A stretch of 32,000 nucleotides of DNA from the NCBI GenBank assembly GCA_023898425.1, contig CP060222.1, forward strand, positions 600,001-632,000, written 5' to 3'. Both the position numbers and the translations under genes were made by a program. This document shows, piece after piece, positions 1-9,088 of the stretch (position 1 is the first letter of the stretch; every line of letters begins with the position of its first letter). Under the pieces are notes generated by a model. The model had not been told where the DNA came from. It ran no database searches and saw nothing but the letters and a program-made list of their open reading frames with translations. The DNA is from Candidatus Saccharimonadota bacterium (GTDB lineage: Bacteria > Patescibacteriota > Patescibacteriia > 2-12-FULL-60-25).

Positions 1-531
1 GATAGGAAAAACGGACTGTCTAAGCGCTTCTTGTGAAACTCGGTGTAAAAAATAGGTTTGATCTTTGTTTTCATCCGCGCCTTTTAGGAGATACGTTTGA
101 CCGTCTTCATCTTCACGTAAACGCGCATAGTGGCCGGTGGCGATATAATCAAAACCAAGCTCTTTTGCCTTTTCAAAAAAGAGTCCGAATTTTATTTCTT
201 CATTGCATAAGACATCTGGATTTGGCGTGATGCCATCAGCGTATTCTGCAAACATGCGATCAATCACGCGTGCGCGATAGGTCTCTTCAAAATCAAATGT
301 ATGTAATGGAATACCGAGTTTTGCAGCAACACGAATAGCGTCACGTCTTTCGCCGCGCCACTGACACTCACCTGTCCAAAGATCTACGGAGTCAGACCAG
401 TTTTTGATAAAGCCACCTTCAACAATACAACCATGCTCAACGAGTAATGCCGCTGAGACACTCGAATCCACCCCGCCGGACATCCCGACGAGGACGCGAG
501 CACCTTTTGGCGGTAAACGATTTTCGAGCAT
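1..531 (-). CDS. mnmA: tRNA 2-thiouridine(34) synthase MnmA, N-terminal 177 codons (gene runs off the left edge)
   Basis: Own translation of the minus strand from ATG at 531-529: MLENRLPPKGARVLVGMSGGVDSSVSAALLVEHGC...NPDVLCNEEIKFG...YIATGHYAR...DQTYFL. It has the PP-loop SGGxDS and typical MnmA blocks. It is absent from the ORF track because no stop lies in the window. Confidence 0.85.
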   Translation of the reverse strand, partial: MLENRLPPKGARVLVGMSGGVDSSVSAALLVEHGCIVEGGFIKNWSDSVDLWTGECQWRGERRDAIRVAAKLGIPLHTFDFEETYRARVIDRMFAEYADGITPNPDVLCNEEIKFGLFFEKAKELGFDYIATGHYARLREDEDGQTYLLKGADENKDQTYFLHRVSQEALRQSVFPI

Positions 532-532
532 A

Positions 533-1630
533 TTACTTACTTAAGACCTTGTGTTGTTTTTTGGCGCGATTGATACGCGTTGCTTCGAGGCCTTGATGCG
601 TAACGCCTTCGGATTCTTCTACGGCAAGCTGACCGCAGGCAGCGTCAATGTCTTCGCCAAATGTCACGCGATGCGTTGCAGGTACGCCACGATCATGGAG
701 CCATCGAACAAACTCAATACGATTTTCTTTATTGGTCGCATCAAATGATTCGGTTGGATGAAACTTGATAACATTTACATGGACTAGACGATAATCTGGA
801 CCTAAAATATCTGCCAATGCATTTGCCTCCTCGAACGAATCATTAATCCCTTTTAAGAGAAGATACTCAAACATGACTTTGCGATTTGTCTTTTCCATAT
901 AGGTATGGACTGCTGCAAGAAGTTTTTCGAGATTATACGGTGTATTGACCGGCATAAACTTATTACGCGTCTCATCTGTACCAGCATGAATTGAGATCGC
1001 AAGGTTTACTTGAAGATTTTCTTCGGCTAATTTCAAAATAGCAGGCACGATCCCACACGTAGAAATACTCATATGACGAGCGCCGAGGTTAAAGCCTTCG
1101 CCATCATTTAAGACGCGTAATGCCTTCATGACATTATCGTAGTTATGAAACGGTTCACCCATTCCCATTAATACAAGATTGGTGACTCTCTCGCCCTTAT
1201 CTTCTTGTTTGAGCCAACGAGCAAAGTAAATCACTTGCTCGTAAATTTCTGCCGCTGACAGATTGCGCGTAAGTCCCATAGTACCGGTCGCACAAAAAGC
1301 GCAAGCCATCGCGCAACCAACCTGTGAAGAAACACAAACCGTATTACGCCCATCTTCGTGACGCATGAGTACGGCTTCGATTTTTTGACCATCATGACAT
1401 TCAAATAATGTTTTTACCGTATCACCATGTGGTGCTGTAAGCGTTTTAACGAGCTTTAACGTGTCCCAGGGAGCTGCAGTCACACAAGCCTCACGCAAAG
1501 ACTTACCGTAGGTTGTGACATCGTCCCAATTGGCGGCAAGTTCCACAAAATATGCCTGCTTCGCTTGCTTTAAGCGAAAGGCTGGTTCTTTGCGTTCTTT
1601 AAGTAATTCTTCGAGGGCGTGGATGTCCAT
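533..1630 (-). CDS. rlmN: 23S rRNA/tRNA adenine-C2 methyltransferase RlmN (radical SAM)
   Basis: ORF 533..1672. Radical-SAM cluster motif CAMACAFCATG and a C-terminal ACGQL block are present. I prefer ATG at 1630 (MDIHALEELL...) because the TTG at 1672 is itself the -35 hexamer of a near-consensus promoter. Confidence 0.9.
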   Translation of the reverse strand: MDIHALEELLKERKEPAFRLKQAKQAYFVELAANWDDVTTYGKSLREACVTAAPWDTLKLVKTLTAPHGDTVKTLFECHDGQKIEAVLMRHEDGRNTVCVSSQVGCAMACAFCATGTMGLTRNLSAAEIYEQVIYFARWLKQEDKGERVTNLVLMGMGEPFHNYDNVMKALRVLNDGEGFNLGARHMSISTCGIVPAILKLAEENLQVNLAISIHAGTDETRNKFMPVNTPYNLEKLLAAVHTYMEKTNRKVMFEYLLLKGINDSFEEANALADILGPDYRLVHVNVIKFHPTESFDATNKENRIEFVRWLHDRGVPATHRVTFGEDIDAACGQLAVEESEGVTHQGLEATRINRAKKQHKVLSK

Positions 1631-1643
1631 AAAAATGGCTTTG

Positions 1644-1672
1644 TTTATAACAAAATACAACCACGATGTCAA
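1644..1672 (-). promoter_or_regulatory. Sigma70-type promoter for rlmN (TTGACA, 17 nt spacer, TATAAA)
   Basis: Minus strand reads TTGACA tcgtggttgtattttgt TATAAA caaagccattttt ATG. The -10 ends 13 nt before the ATG and there is no Shine-Dalgarno, so the mRNA would have a very short leader. Confidence 0.5.
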
Positions 1673-1690
1673 TGCGCAGAATCCTCATTT

Positions 1691-1719
1691 TTGACAAATA
1701 TTATATTGACAAATATTAC
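1691..1719 (+). promoter_or_regulatory. Candidate promoter containing a tandem 13-bp direct repeat TTGACAAATATTA (1691-1703 and 1706-1718)
   Basis: The first TTGACA is followed after 17 nt by TATTAC (1714-1719), upstream of the AGGAG ribosome-binding site and ATG at 1774. The duplicated -35-like box was seen directly. Confidence 0.35.
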
Positions 1720-1773
1720 ATTTTATGATAACTCCTTGGATGGATTCACTCTCAGTTAAAAAAGGAGATACGC

Positions 1774-2787
1774 ATGAGTACGAACCAACGTAAACGTTCT
1801 TTAGCAAAGTCAAAACATCGAAAGAGCGATCGGCCCCGTTTGAATACGGAACCTTTGAATCAGATACCTCAGAAACGTTTGTTCTCATACAAAGTATTGT
1901 TGGTACTGATCGTTGTCATTTTTGGCGTGATCATCTGGAAGAAGCAAAGCTCTGCTGAGTGGCAATCGCAACACGCCGTTAATCAAACACTTACTGCGAA
2001 TGATCGACGAGAACAAATCTTTGCGGAACGCTTCGCCAGAATGGCTCAACTTCACCAAACGCATACTCGACATATCGATATTCTTAAACCTCTCGCCGAG
2101 AATGACATGTTTGGATATCAGATCGTGCGCATGCTAGAAGATCGTGCCTACTACACGATCTTTGTTGGCAGCGGCGTGACAACGCGGTTGGCCGAGTCTC
2201 AAGAAGACTCGTTCAACAACCCTACTGCCAGGATCCTTGAGATCACTGTCTCGAATCCAGAAGAGCTTCGAGCGAACAGGTTCTTCGTACCCGCTACAAT
2301 GCAGTACGCACGAGATCGTCAGCAGCTAATCCTGCCTGAAGAGGATCTTTTTACCGAACTGTGGTTTGGTTTGGGGATTGCTCATGAGTTGTCACATGCG
2401 CATGACCACCTTATCAGCGGGATCGAGCCCACTGTCGGCACCGAGTCCACCTATGCCTCCGGTGAACGTCGAGCCTATGAATTTGAAATCCGTCTACTGA
2501 AAAGAGCTCTGACTCAATCTGGTATGGCGAGGCTCATAGAGACAACAGCGGACGCCTTAGGACCAAATGCCCAGCCCTTGGTCATCACCAATCCGCCCCC
2601 ACCTGTTTGGCGTGACCTTGTCGGGTTTCCTGCTCCTAGTCGATCAGATACCGAACTAGGAATTCGATGCGGGCTTGCCATCGTGGCGGTGAATTTCTAT
2701 CTCATCGAACAGAGGGGTGGCGGAGATAGGGAGAAAGAGGAGTTTCTCACTACGCTTCATCAAACTCTAGGCATGCCAACGAACTAG
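1774..2787 (+). CDS. Membrane-anchored hypothetical protein with HExxH motif (putative Zn-metallopeptidase-like)
   Basis: AGGAG lies 7 nt before the ATG. One N-terminal TM helix (LFSYKVLLVLIVVIFGVIIW) and the motif GIAHELSHAHDH are present. G+C is locally higher than in neighbours (37/60 at 2401-2460 by hand count). Confidence 0.6.
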   Translation: MSTNQRKRSLAKSKHRKSDRPRLNTEPLNQIPQKRLFSYKVLLVLIVVIFGVIIWKKQSSAEWQSQHAVNQTLTANDRREQIFAERFARMAQLHQTHTRHIDILKPLAENDMFGYQIVRMLEDRAYYTIFVGSGVTTRLAESQEDSFNNPTARILEITVSNPEELRANRFFVPATMQYARDRQQLILPEEDLFTELWFGLGIAHELSHAHDHLISGIEPTVGTESTYASGERRAYEFEIRLLKRALTQSGMARLIETTADALGPNAQPLVITNPPPPVWRDLVGFPAPSRSDTELGIRCGLAIVAVNFYLIEQRGGGDREKEEFLTTLHQTLGMPTN

Positions 2788-2807
2788 TCACATACTATCT
2801 TTGCTTT

Positions 2808-2835
2808 AGCCATCACCTCGCGTGATGGCTTTTTA
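2808..2835. terminator. Bidirectional intrinsic terminator between convergent genes
   Basis: agccatcac ctcgc gtgatggct followed by ttttaatt; 9-bp perfect stem. Confidence 0.7.
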
Positions 2836-2854
2836 ATTAAGTGCTGCCTTATTC

Positions 2855-3958
2855 TTATTCTATCTCTACTAATTTTGCCCAGGTATTTGGACCGACTTGG
2901 CCATAGCCCAATACGCCAGGTTTTGCGATGCCGTATTTTTCTTGAAATTTTTTGACTGCTGCGAGGGTGAGTGGGCCAAAATACCCTGTAACACGCCCAT
3001 CGGCGTAGACAGATTTGTCACGTGCAAGAATCGTCTGAACGCGAGTCACATCGGCATTCGTCATACCATAAACAACTCGATTGCCTGGAAGTGCTTTTGT
3101 TGCTTTAAAGGCTTCTTCTTGAGTCCACGCCCATAATGCCATGCGTTTTGCACTATCAAATGACCCTTGTTTTGTTGGAGCGCCTAAAACAACAACGATC
3201 ACTTTCTTTTTTGGATCATGACTTCCGTCTGGATAGTAAGGCTCAAGTTCGGTTACAAGATTGTACTCTGACTCATGAAGATATCCTGTTTTAGCGCCAC
3301 TCATCCATACTTGTGAATCGTCATAAAAACTCACATTTGTGGTGTTGTAATAACGCGATGCTCCAGCGAGCGTATAGTAATGCCCTCTTGCAACAGAGGC
3401 TGACTGAATTTCTGACCGATCAAAAGCAGCCTTGGCGATCTTTACCATATCAGCCGCGGACGTCATGTTATGCTCATTCATCCCCGTTGGTTCATAAAAA
3501 ACGGATTGGGTTGTGCCTAAGGACTTTACCTTGCTATTCATGCGTTGTGCAAAAGCACTCTCGCTCAATCCAGTAGAACGCGCAATAACATTCATCGCGT
3601 TATTTACGCTGGCACCAATGGCGGCGTTCCACCAATCACGCAATGCGAGGCGTGTACCAACATCAACCCTAAGTCTTCCACCTCCAACTTCATCTTTTTG
3701 AATACTCCTCATCGAGGTATTCCAATTTGGTCGAGTATCAAGAAAAACAAGACCAGCGACCAACTTACTTAAGCTTGCTGCCGCATGTGGCTTATCAGGC
3801 TTAAAGCTATAGATCATCTTATTGGTTGACGGTACATAAATAGCCGCCGCCGCAAACTCATTTGGGATGGGTCGATACGAAGCAGAAACGGTAGCAGGAA
3901 AAGAAAGGGTGCTAACGAAAGCTGCAGTAACAATGGTTGTTAATACACTTCGTTTCAT
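2855..3958 (-). CDS. D-alanyl-D-alanine carboxypeptidase (peptidase S11, PBP5-like) with C-terminal peptidoglycan-binding domain
   Basis: Signal peptide present. Motifs SxxK (ASLSK), SxN (SVNNA) and KTG (AKTGY) are present. The C-terminus ADVTRVQTILA...GYFGPLTLAAVKKFQEKYGI resembles a PG_binding_1 fold. Confidence 0.85.
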   Translation of the reverse strand: MKRSVLTTIVTAAFVSTLSFPATVSASYRPIPNEFAAAAIYVPSTNKMIYSFKPDKPHAAASLSKLVAGLVFLDTRPNWNTSMRSIQKDEVGGGRLRVDVGTRLALRDWWNAAIGASVNNAMNVIARSTGLSESAFAQRMNSKVKSLGTTQSVFYEPTGMNEHNMTSAADMVKIAKAAFDRSEIQSASVARGHYYTLAGASRYYNTTNVSFYDDSQVWMSGAKTGYLHESEYNLVTELEPYYPDGSHDPKKKVIVVVLGAPTKQGSFDSAKRMALWAWTQEEAFKATKALPGNRVVYGMTNADVTRVQTILARDKSVYADGRVTGYFGPLTLAAVKKFQEKYGIAKPGVLGYGQVGPNTWAKLVEIE

Positions 3959-3961
3959 AGA

Positions 3962-4603
3962 CTATTGCTTAATGATAACGGGCGTACCAATTTCTGACCA
4001 TTCGTAAAGTCTTTTTGCTGCACCGATACCGAGACGTATACAACCATGACTCACAGGCTTACCTAAATGATCTTCGCCTTCTTTTTTACCACCAGGCCAT
4101 TCTGGTAACTCGTGTAATCCGTGGCCACGCGTTGTAAAGGCCATCCAATACGGCATCCATAATTTTGCAGATCTGGACCATGCTCGTGGGTGCTTATTAA
4201 GAATCTTAAACGTGCCTGTTGGTGTTCTCATTCCTGGCTTACCTGTTGAAACCGTAAATTCTGAAATCACAACACCACTCAATTGTTGCTGAAGCTTTTG
4301 CTCACTTAAATCAACATTGATCGTTTTTATCAAACGAATTGGCTCAGTACTTGTTGGTGAAAATGCCGCCCAAATCTCTTGACCATCGGTAAATGAATCA
4401 CCGTCTGTATCTGGATTGTGTGGATCAGTTCCAAAGCGTAACTCTACTGCGTCTGAAATACCATCACCATCTGCATCGGCAATCGCCTCAGCAGAAGGTG
4501 CGGTTACCGAAAGCACGAATGCACTAAAAACAATTAAGCCTAGACTAGGCAGCAAATAGGATAATGAGCGCGAGCGCATAGCGGTAAATGACAAATGGGA
4601 CAT
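3962..4603 (-). CDS. L,D-transpeptidase (YkuD domain) with N-terminal Asp-rich thrombospondin-type-3-like Ca-binding repeats
   Basis: Catalytic block HGLHELP...SHGCIRL is present, as are DADGDGISD...DPHNPDTDGDSFTDGQE and a signal/TM segment. AAGGA lies 6 nt upstream of ATG 4603. The gene overlaps the uppP 3' end by 59 nt. Confidence 0.85.
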   Translation of the reverse strand: MSHLSFTAMRSRSLSYLLPSLGLIVFSAFVLSVTAPSAEAIADADGDGISDAVELRFGTDPHNPDTDGDSFTDGQEIWAAFSPTSTEPIRLIKTINVDLSEQKLQQQLSGVVISEFTVSTGKPGMRTPTGTFKILNKHPRAWSRSAKLWMPYWMAFTTRGHGLHELPEWPGGKKEGEDHLGKPVSHGCIRLGIGAAKRLYEWSEIGTPVIIKQ

Positions 4604-5366
4604 AAGATTCCTTTACAACATACCTTAAAAGCAGACGGATGGCGAAAATACCGGTAATTGCCGCCGTCAAGAATCCTGAAAGCAGCTTTAGTGGATGTTC
4701 CATTCCGCCTTCAAGAAAAAGCTTTAGCAAACCATAACCGCCTGCCGCCATCATAACAGGGATACTGACAAAAAAAGAAAAGCGCGCCGCTAAAGCACGG
4801 GACATTCCGGATAATAGTCCAGCGGTAATCGTAATTCCTGAACGACTCGTTCCTGGGAGTAGTGCGAGTGGTTGCGCAAAAGCAATACTCAAAACCTGTT
4901 TCCAGCTGATTTTTGCTTCTAGAAGCGAGATGTTTTCTTTTGATGTTGCACGCGAATCTGCGTACCAAAGTAAACTACCCCAAACAACTAAATCAAACGC
5001 GACGAGCTGCACATTTCGAGCATGGGTTTCGAGCCAGCTATTTAACACATAGCCGATCAATAACGCTGGTGTTGCAGCGACAGCGATTTTAACAATTACA
5101 TCTCTCGCATGTAATTGTTCGTTCTTATTTGTAGCAGGATGTAAAGCGTTTTTTGCAAGTCCAATAATATCTGACCAAAAACACCAAAAAATAGCGATCA
5201 ATGTACCGAGATGAAGAACAACATCAAAAGAAAGACCTTGATCCTCCCAACCAAAAAGCACCGGAACAAGGAGCAAATGCCCACTTGATGAAACAGGCAA
5301 AAACTCGGCGAGGCCCTGTACCGCACCCAAAACAACGCCCTGTGCTATTTGCGTAAATAGAATCAT
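4545..5366 (-). CDS. uppP: Undecaprenyl-diphosphate phosphatase UppP/BacA
   Basis: Polytopic membrane protein with LAEFLPVSSSGHL and PGTSRSGITI signature blocks. ATGA start/stop overlap with the upstream ATPase gene (5363-5366). Confidence 0.9.
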   Translation of the reverse strand: MILFTQIAQGVVLGAVQGLAEFLPVSSSGHLLLVPVLFGWEDQGLSFDVVLHLGTLIAIFWCFWSDIIGLAKNALHPATNKNEQLHARDVIVKIAVAATPALLIGYVLNSWLETHARNVQLVAFDLVVWGSLLWYADSRATSKENISLLEAKISWKQVLSIAFAQPLALLPGTSRSGITITAGLLSGMSRALAARFSFFVSIPVMMAAGGYGLLKLFLEGGMEHPLKLLSGFLTAAITGIFAIRLLLRYVVKESYVPFVIYRYALALIILFAA

Positions 5367-7627
5367 AGATCAATGTCATCAAACCTTACTCTATCCCCTT
5401 GCGTAAGCGTATGAGTCTTGGTTGGCTCTACTTCTCGTTTTACTGGATCACTTTTTTGCCCTGCATAAGCTGAGCTAGATGTTTGCTGAGCTTGTTCTTG
5501 TGGTTTTTTATTGCGACTACGACGTCTCTTTTTCTTTGCGTTCATTGCAGGCTTAGTAATCAACTCAGAAATAGCCTCGGTCATACCGGCGCGATCTTCG
5601 AGGGCGCTTTTACTCGTAACAATATCTTCACCTTTTGCTTTTTTAATAGCTGCTAAAAGATCGAGATCTTCATCTTCTTGATCAGCTTTTGGCACGATTT
5701 TTACTTGCGGCGCTGGTTGCTCTGAACGAATAATCCGTGGACGATTTGGTTGAGCTGATGCTGATGAGAACCCAGGTCGAACCTCATCTTCTTTGCGAAC
5801 AATTGCTGCGACTTTTTCGTCTGGCACTGCTGTACGTTTTACACTACGAATCATCCCCTGCTTTGACTTGCGTTCTTCGGCTACGATTGGACGGCAGTCC
5901 GTACAATAGATTGGGCGCGATGTATCAAGTTGAATAGCGAGATTAAAGACCTTGCCACAACGCGAACAGGTATGCGGAAAGTCAGGACGTTGTTTTTTGC
6001 CTTGTGCCTGTGGGATCGAGGCTTTAATTGCCTCTAATCGTTCTGGGCGAATCTTAAGGTATTCTGTTGTATCAACGTCACCAAGGTCTAGTGAACTCTC
6101 TTTTATTGATTGGGCGGGTACAAGCACTGCTCTATCGCTAACATTTGCATCATTAAGCGTTGGCTCTTCTGATGCGGTAACTGGTGGTAAAATAGATGTT
6201 GTATCCCCTGAAGGAATAATATCTGCTTGTTCGCCTTGTTTTTTCTTTTCTTCAAATTCGCGCACTGCTTGCTCTAGGGCAGCAGGGATAGGCGCCGCTT
6301 TAACAGGCGCATCTGGAGCCTGAGTATTTGCCTCCATGCCACTCCACTGAAGAACTTTCGCTTCAATAATATGACGCGGCTCTGCATAGCGCTCACGCGA
6401 AACAGCGATAACCTTTTCTTGATTGTCTGTTTTTGTTGCGATTGGCGCTAATGTATTTGCCGAAAAAGGTGGTGTTGCGACACCATCAACCATGAGCTTG
6501 AGATAGATCTGATATTTGGCCAAATTTACGAGATCTTCTGGCGTAAAGGTAGGTGCAAATTCTGTTTCCATGGCTGTTGCATCAGCGCCACCGACACGCA
6601 TCGCGATAATCGTACCGACGTTACCAAAAATAGCGGCAGCGACTTTTTCGTCGAGCTGCTCAATATACTGATGCGCAACCGTTAAATTTAAATGAAACTT
6701 ACGTGCCTCTGAAAGAATGCTCGCAAAAGACTCGTTCGCAAAATTCTGAAACTCATCTACGTAAAGATAAAAGTCTCGACGATCTTTTTCTGGTACATTT
6801 TGTCGTTCTTGTGCGGCGAGTTGGATTTTTGTCACCAACATCCCACCAAGTAAGCGCATATTATCTTCGCCAATACGGCCTTTGGCGAGGTTTACAATCA
6901 AAATCTTTCCGTCATCCATTACACGACGTAAATTTATTGTAGATTTTACCTGTGCAACAATATTACGAATAATTGATGAAGAAAGAAATTGTCCTACCTT
7001 GTTTTGTACCGGTGCAATTGCTTCTGTTGCGTATTTTTCTGACCATTGCGTAAACTCGGCTACCCAAAATGTTTTTACAATAGGATCTTTGATTTTTGTA
7101 ATAACACGAGCGCGGTAATCTTTATCGACAAGTAAACGGTTAATACCGAGTAATGTAGCACCTGGATAATCCAAAAGAGCGTGAATACAGTTGATAAGAA
7201 TGTATTCCATGCGAGGACTCCAAACATCAGGCCAAATCTTTTTAAAGACGCCCATTAAACCAGAAGCAATAAGATGCTTTTGGTCATCGTTTTCTGTTTC
7301 TAGAATATTAAATCCAATCGGAAAATCAACGTCCGCTGGATTAAAATAGATCACATCGTTAATGCGATGAGCCGGAATATAGTCTAAAAGCTTTTCTGCT
7401 GTATCGCCGTGCGGATCCACATAGCAACAACCATGACCGGCCATAATATCAGCTAAGACAAAGTTCTCTTGAAGCGTTGTCTTACCCATACCGGTTTTAC
7501 CGATAATATAAATATGACGACGTCTGTCGTCGGTTTTTATACCGAATTTGCGTTTTTGGTTACGAAAATTTGTCTCTGCAAAGAGCGTAATTTCGTTTTC
7601 GTGATCGTGGTTATATTCAGGTGCCAT
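5363..7627 (-). CDS. VirD4/TraG/TraD-like (FtsK-HerA superfamily) P-loop ATPase with C-terminal CxxC-x17-CxxC zinc ribbon and K/R-rich tail
   Basis: Walker A is IIGKTGMGKTT (about 7478-7507) and Walker B is FYLYVDEFQNF. No TM helix. CSRCGKVFNLAIQLDTSRPIYCTDC lies at about 5893-5972. The tail contains NAKKKRRRSRNKK. Confidence 0.75.
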   Translation of the reverse strand: MAPEYNHDHENEITLFAETNFRNQKRKFGIKTDDRRRHIYIIGKTGMGKTTLQENFVLADIMAGHGCCYVDPHGDTAEKLLDYIPAHRINDVIYFNPADVDFPIGFNILETENDDQKHLIASGLMGVFKKIWPDVWSPRMEYILINCIHALLDYPGATLLGINRLLVDKDYRARVITKIKDPIVKTFWVAEFTQWSEKYATEAIAPVQNKVGQFLSSSIIRNIVAQVKSTINLRRVMDDGKILIVNLAKGRIGEDNMRLLGGMLVTKIQLAAQERQNVPEKDRRDFYLYVDEFQNFANESFASILSEARKFHLNLTVAHQYIEQLDEKVAAAIFGNVGTIIAMRVGGADATAMETEFAPTFTPEDLVNLAKYQIYLKLMVDGVATPPFSANTLAPIATKTDNQEKVIAVSRERYAEPRHIIEAKVLQWSGMEANTQAPDAPVKAAPIPAALEQAVREFEEKKKQGEQADIIPSGDTTSILPPVTASEEPTLNDANVSDRAVLVPAQSIKESSLDLGDVDTTEYLKIRPERLEAIKASIPQAQGKKQRPDFPHTCSRCGKVFNLAIQLDTSRPIYCTDCRPIVAEERKSKQGMIRSVKRTAVPDEKVAAIVRKEDEVRPGFSSASAQPNRPRIIRSEQPAPQVKIVPKADQEDEDLDLLAAIKKAKGEDIVTSKSALEDRAGMTEAISELITKPAMNAKKKRRRSRNKKPQEQAQQTSSSAYAGQKSDPVKREVEPTKTHTLTQGDRVRFDDIDL

Positions 7628-7699
7628 AGTGGGTCAGCAACAACGCCGCGTTGTTTTGCGACGTGCGATAAAGTGCATAACAAGATACTACCATGAAGC

Positions 7700-9025
7700 T
7701 TACTCAAACGGAATATACGAAGGTGCTTCTTGCTTTTTAGACTCTGTAATACGCAATGCAGGTGATTTTGCCTGTAGAAGAATAGGAAAATGCCATAATG
7801 TTGCTAACTCCTCAGTCGACATAAAGAAACGCGCTAAACCAACGCCCGCCGAACGTGCACGATACGCTCTTATAAGCGCCGTTTTACGTTCGTTGTTTCG
7901 TTTATCTTTAAACAAGATAATGGAACCAGAGATACCCGTCTTCTTAAAGTCTGGCTTTAATGACTGCATATTATAGGTATTAAACTGCTTGATAGCACCA
8001 ATAAATGCCGCTGCTACCTTACCTTTGTTAAATGCCGTTCTTTTGCCTGTATAGACAAAACGTATTTTGCACTCAAAGCCGATTTTGGATGTTTTGCGCT
8101 CTATAGACTCTAAAACAGTCTTTTCACCAGATGTGAGCCCTGTCATTTTTTTATCAAGCTCGGGCTTACTACCCGCGCTTGGTGTCGGTAGCACACCTAA
8201 TAAGCGCAACGGAAACAGCACTATCGTGTCCAACATGCTCTCCTTTTCTACCTTTGGAATACCTTTGATCTTTTCGATCTCAGCTTTTGCACGTGCAAGC
8301 GGCTCTTTTTGATCGGTTGGATATAAAATATATTGCAACCATAATTGCTCATCTTTACCTAAGCGTGCCATCACCTCAAAGAGCGCTGCCAAAGGATCTT
8401 TAAACTCACCTGATACCATGTCTTCAAAATCACGGTAGGTTTTGAGCGGGTATGGATCAGGACGTACGTTGGTAAGCTCCGCTCCCCAGACATCCCATTC
8501 TGCGTCAGGGTAGCTTGTAGGAGGGACTTTCGCGTAGTCAGCCGCTGATACGTCTTCGATTTCTGCGTCTGGATATTGAGCAAAAATAGAAGACTCGATG
8601 AGATCACGCAAGCCGCTTAATGCATAAACATAAAAACTTGTTACACCATCGATGGATACGATTTCTACTGAAATTGGCGCTTGCGTTATACCATCAATCC
8701 ATTTTTCTTTTGTACTAGGCGAAGAGTGTGCACCGGCAAGATGTGCAAAGAGGTTTTCTACCGCTTTAACCGTCTGTTCATGCATTTTTGGGACAGTGAT
8801 TCTTAACAGTGTCCATTGTCGTTTTGCGCCTGCCTTATTCTGAATATAGTTGAGATACGACTCCTTTAAAATATACCAAATGACTGGAATGAAAATGATC
8901 CATCCCCCGTTAATAAAAAGATACCCCATACCCGATATCGGATCTGAGCCAGCGATATTTAAGGTCTCATTGATAACAAGGATTGCTCGCGCCTGAATAT
9001 CGACAAGCCATTGCATGATGTCCAT
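7700..9025 (-). CDS. Hypothetical membrane protein (two N-terminal TM helices plus large soluble domain), partner of the VirD4-like ATPase
   Basis: 441-aa ORF with TM region GMGYLFINGGWIIFIPVIWYIL and a C-terminal EELATLWHFP motif. It lies immediately upstream of, and co-directional with, the ATPase gene (72-nt gap). Confidence 0.6.
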   Translation of the reverse strand: MDIMQWLVDIQARAILVINETLNIAGSDPISGMGYLFINGGWIIFIPVIWYILKESYLNYIQNKAGAKRQWTLLRITVPKMHEQTVKAVENLFAHLAGAHSSPSTKEKWIDGITQAPISVEIVSIDGVTSFYVYALSGLRDLIESSIFAQYPDAEIEDVSAADYAKVPPTSYPDAEWDVWGAELTNVRPDPYPLKTYRDFEDMVSGEFKDPLAALFEVMARLGKDEQLWLQYILYPTDQKEPLARAKAEIEKIKGIPKVEKESMLDTIVLFPLRLLGVLPTPSAGSKPELDKKMTGLTSGEKTVLESIERKTSKIGFECKIRFVYTGKRTAFNKGKVAAAFIGAIKQFNTYNMQSLKPDFKKTGISGSIILFKDKRNNERKTALIRAYRARSAGVGLARFFMSTEELATLWHFPILLQAKSPALRITESKKQEAPSYIPFE

Positions 9026-9088
9026 AGACGAAATGATAACACGCCCAGCGACATTGCGTCACGGGGCGCGTTATTTGTGGGTGTTTTG

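Noticed and set aside
1631-1672. Longer RlmN start at TTG 1672
   Set aside because: The TTG is the first three bases of a TTGACA -35 box with perfect 17-nt spacing to TATAAA. The conserved RlmN sequence begins at the ATG at 1630.
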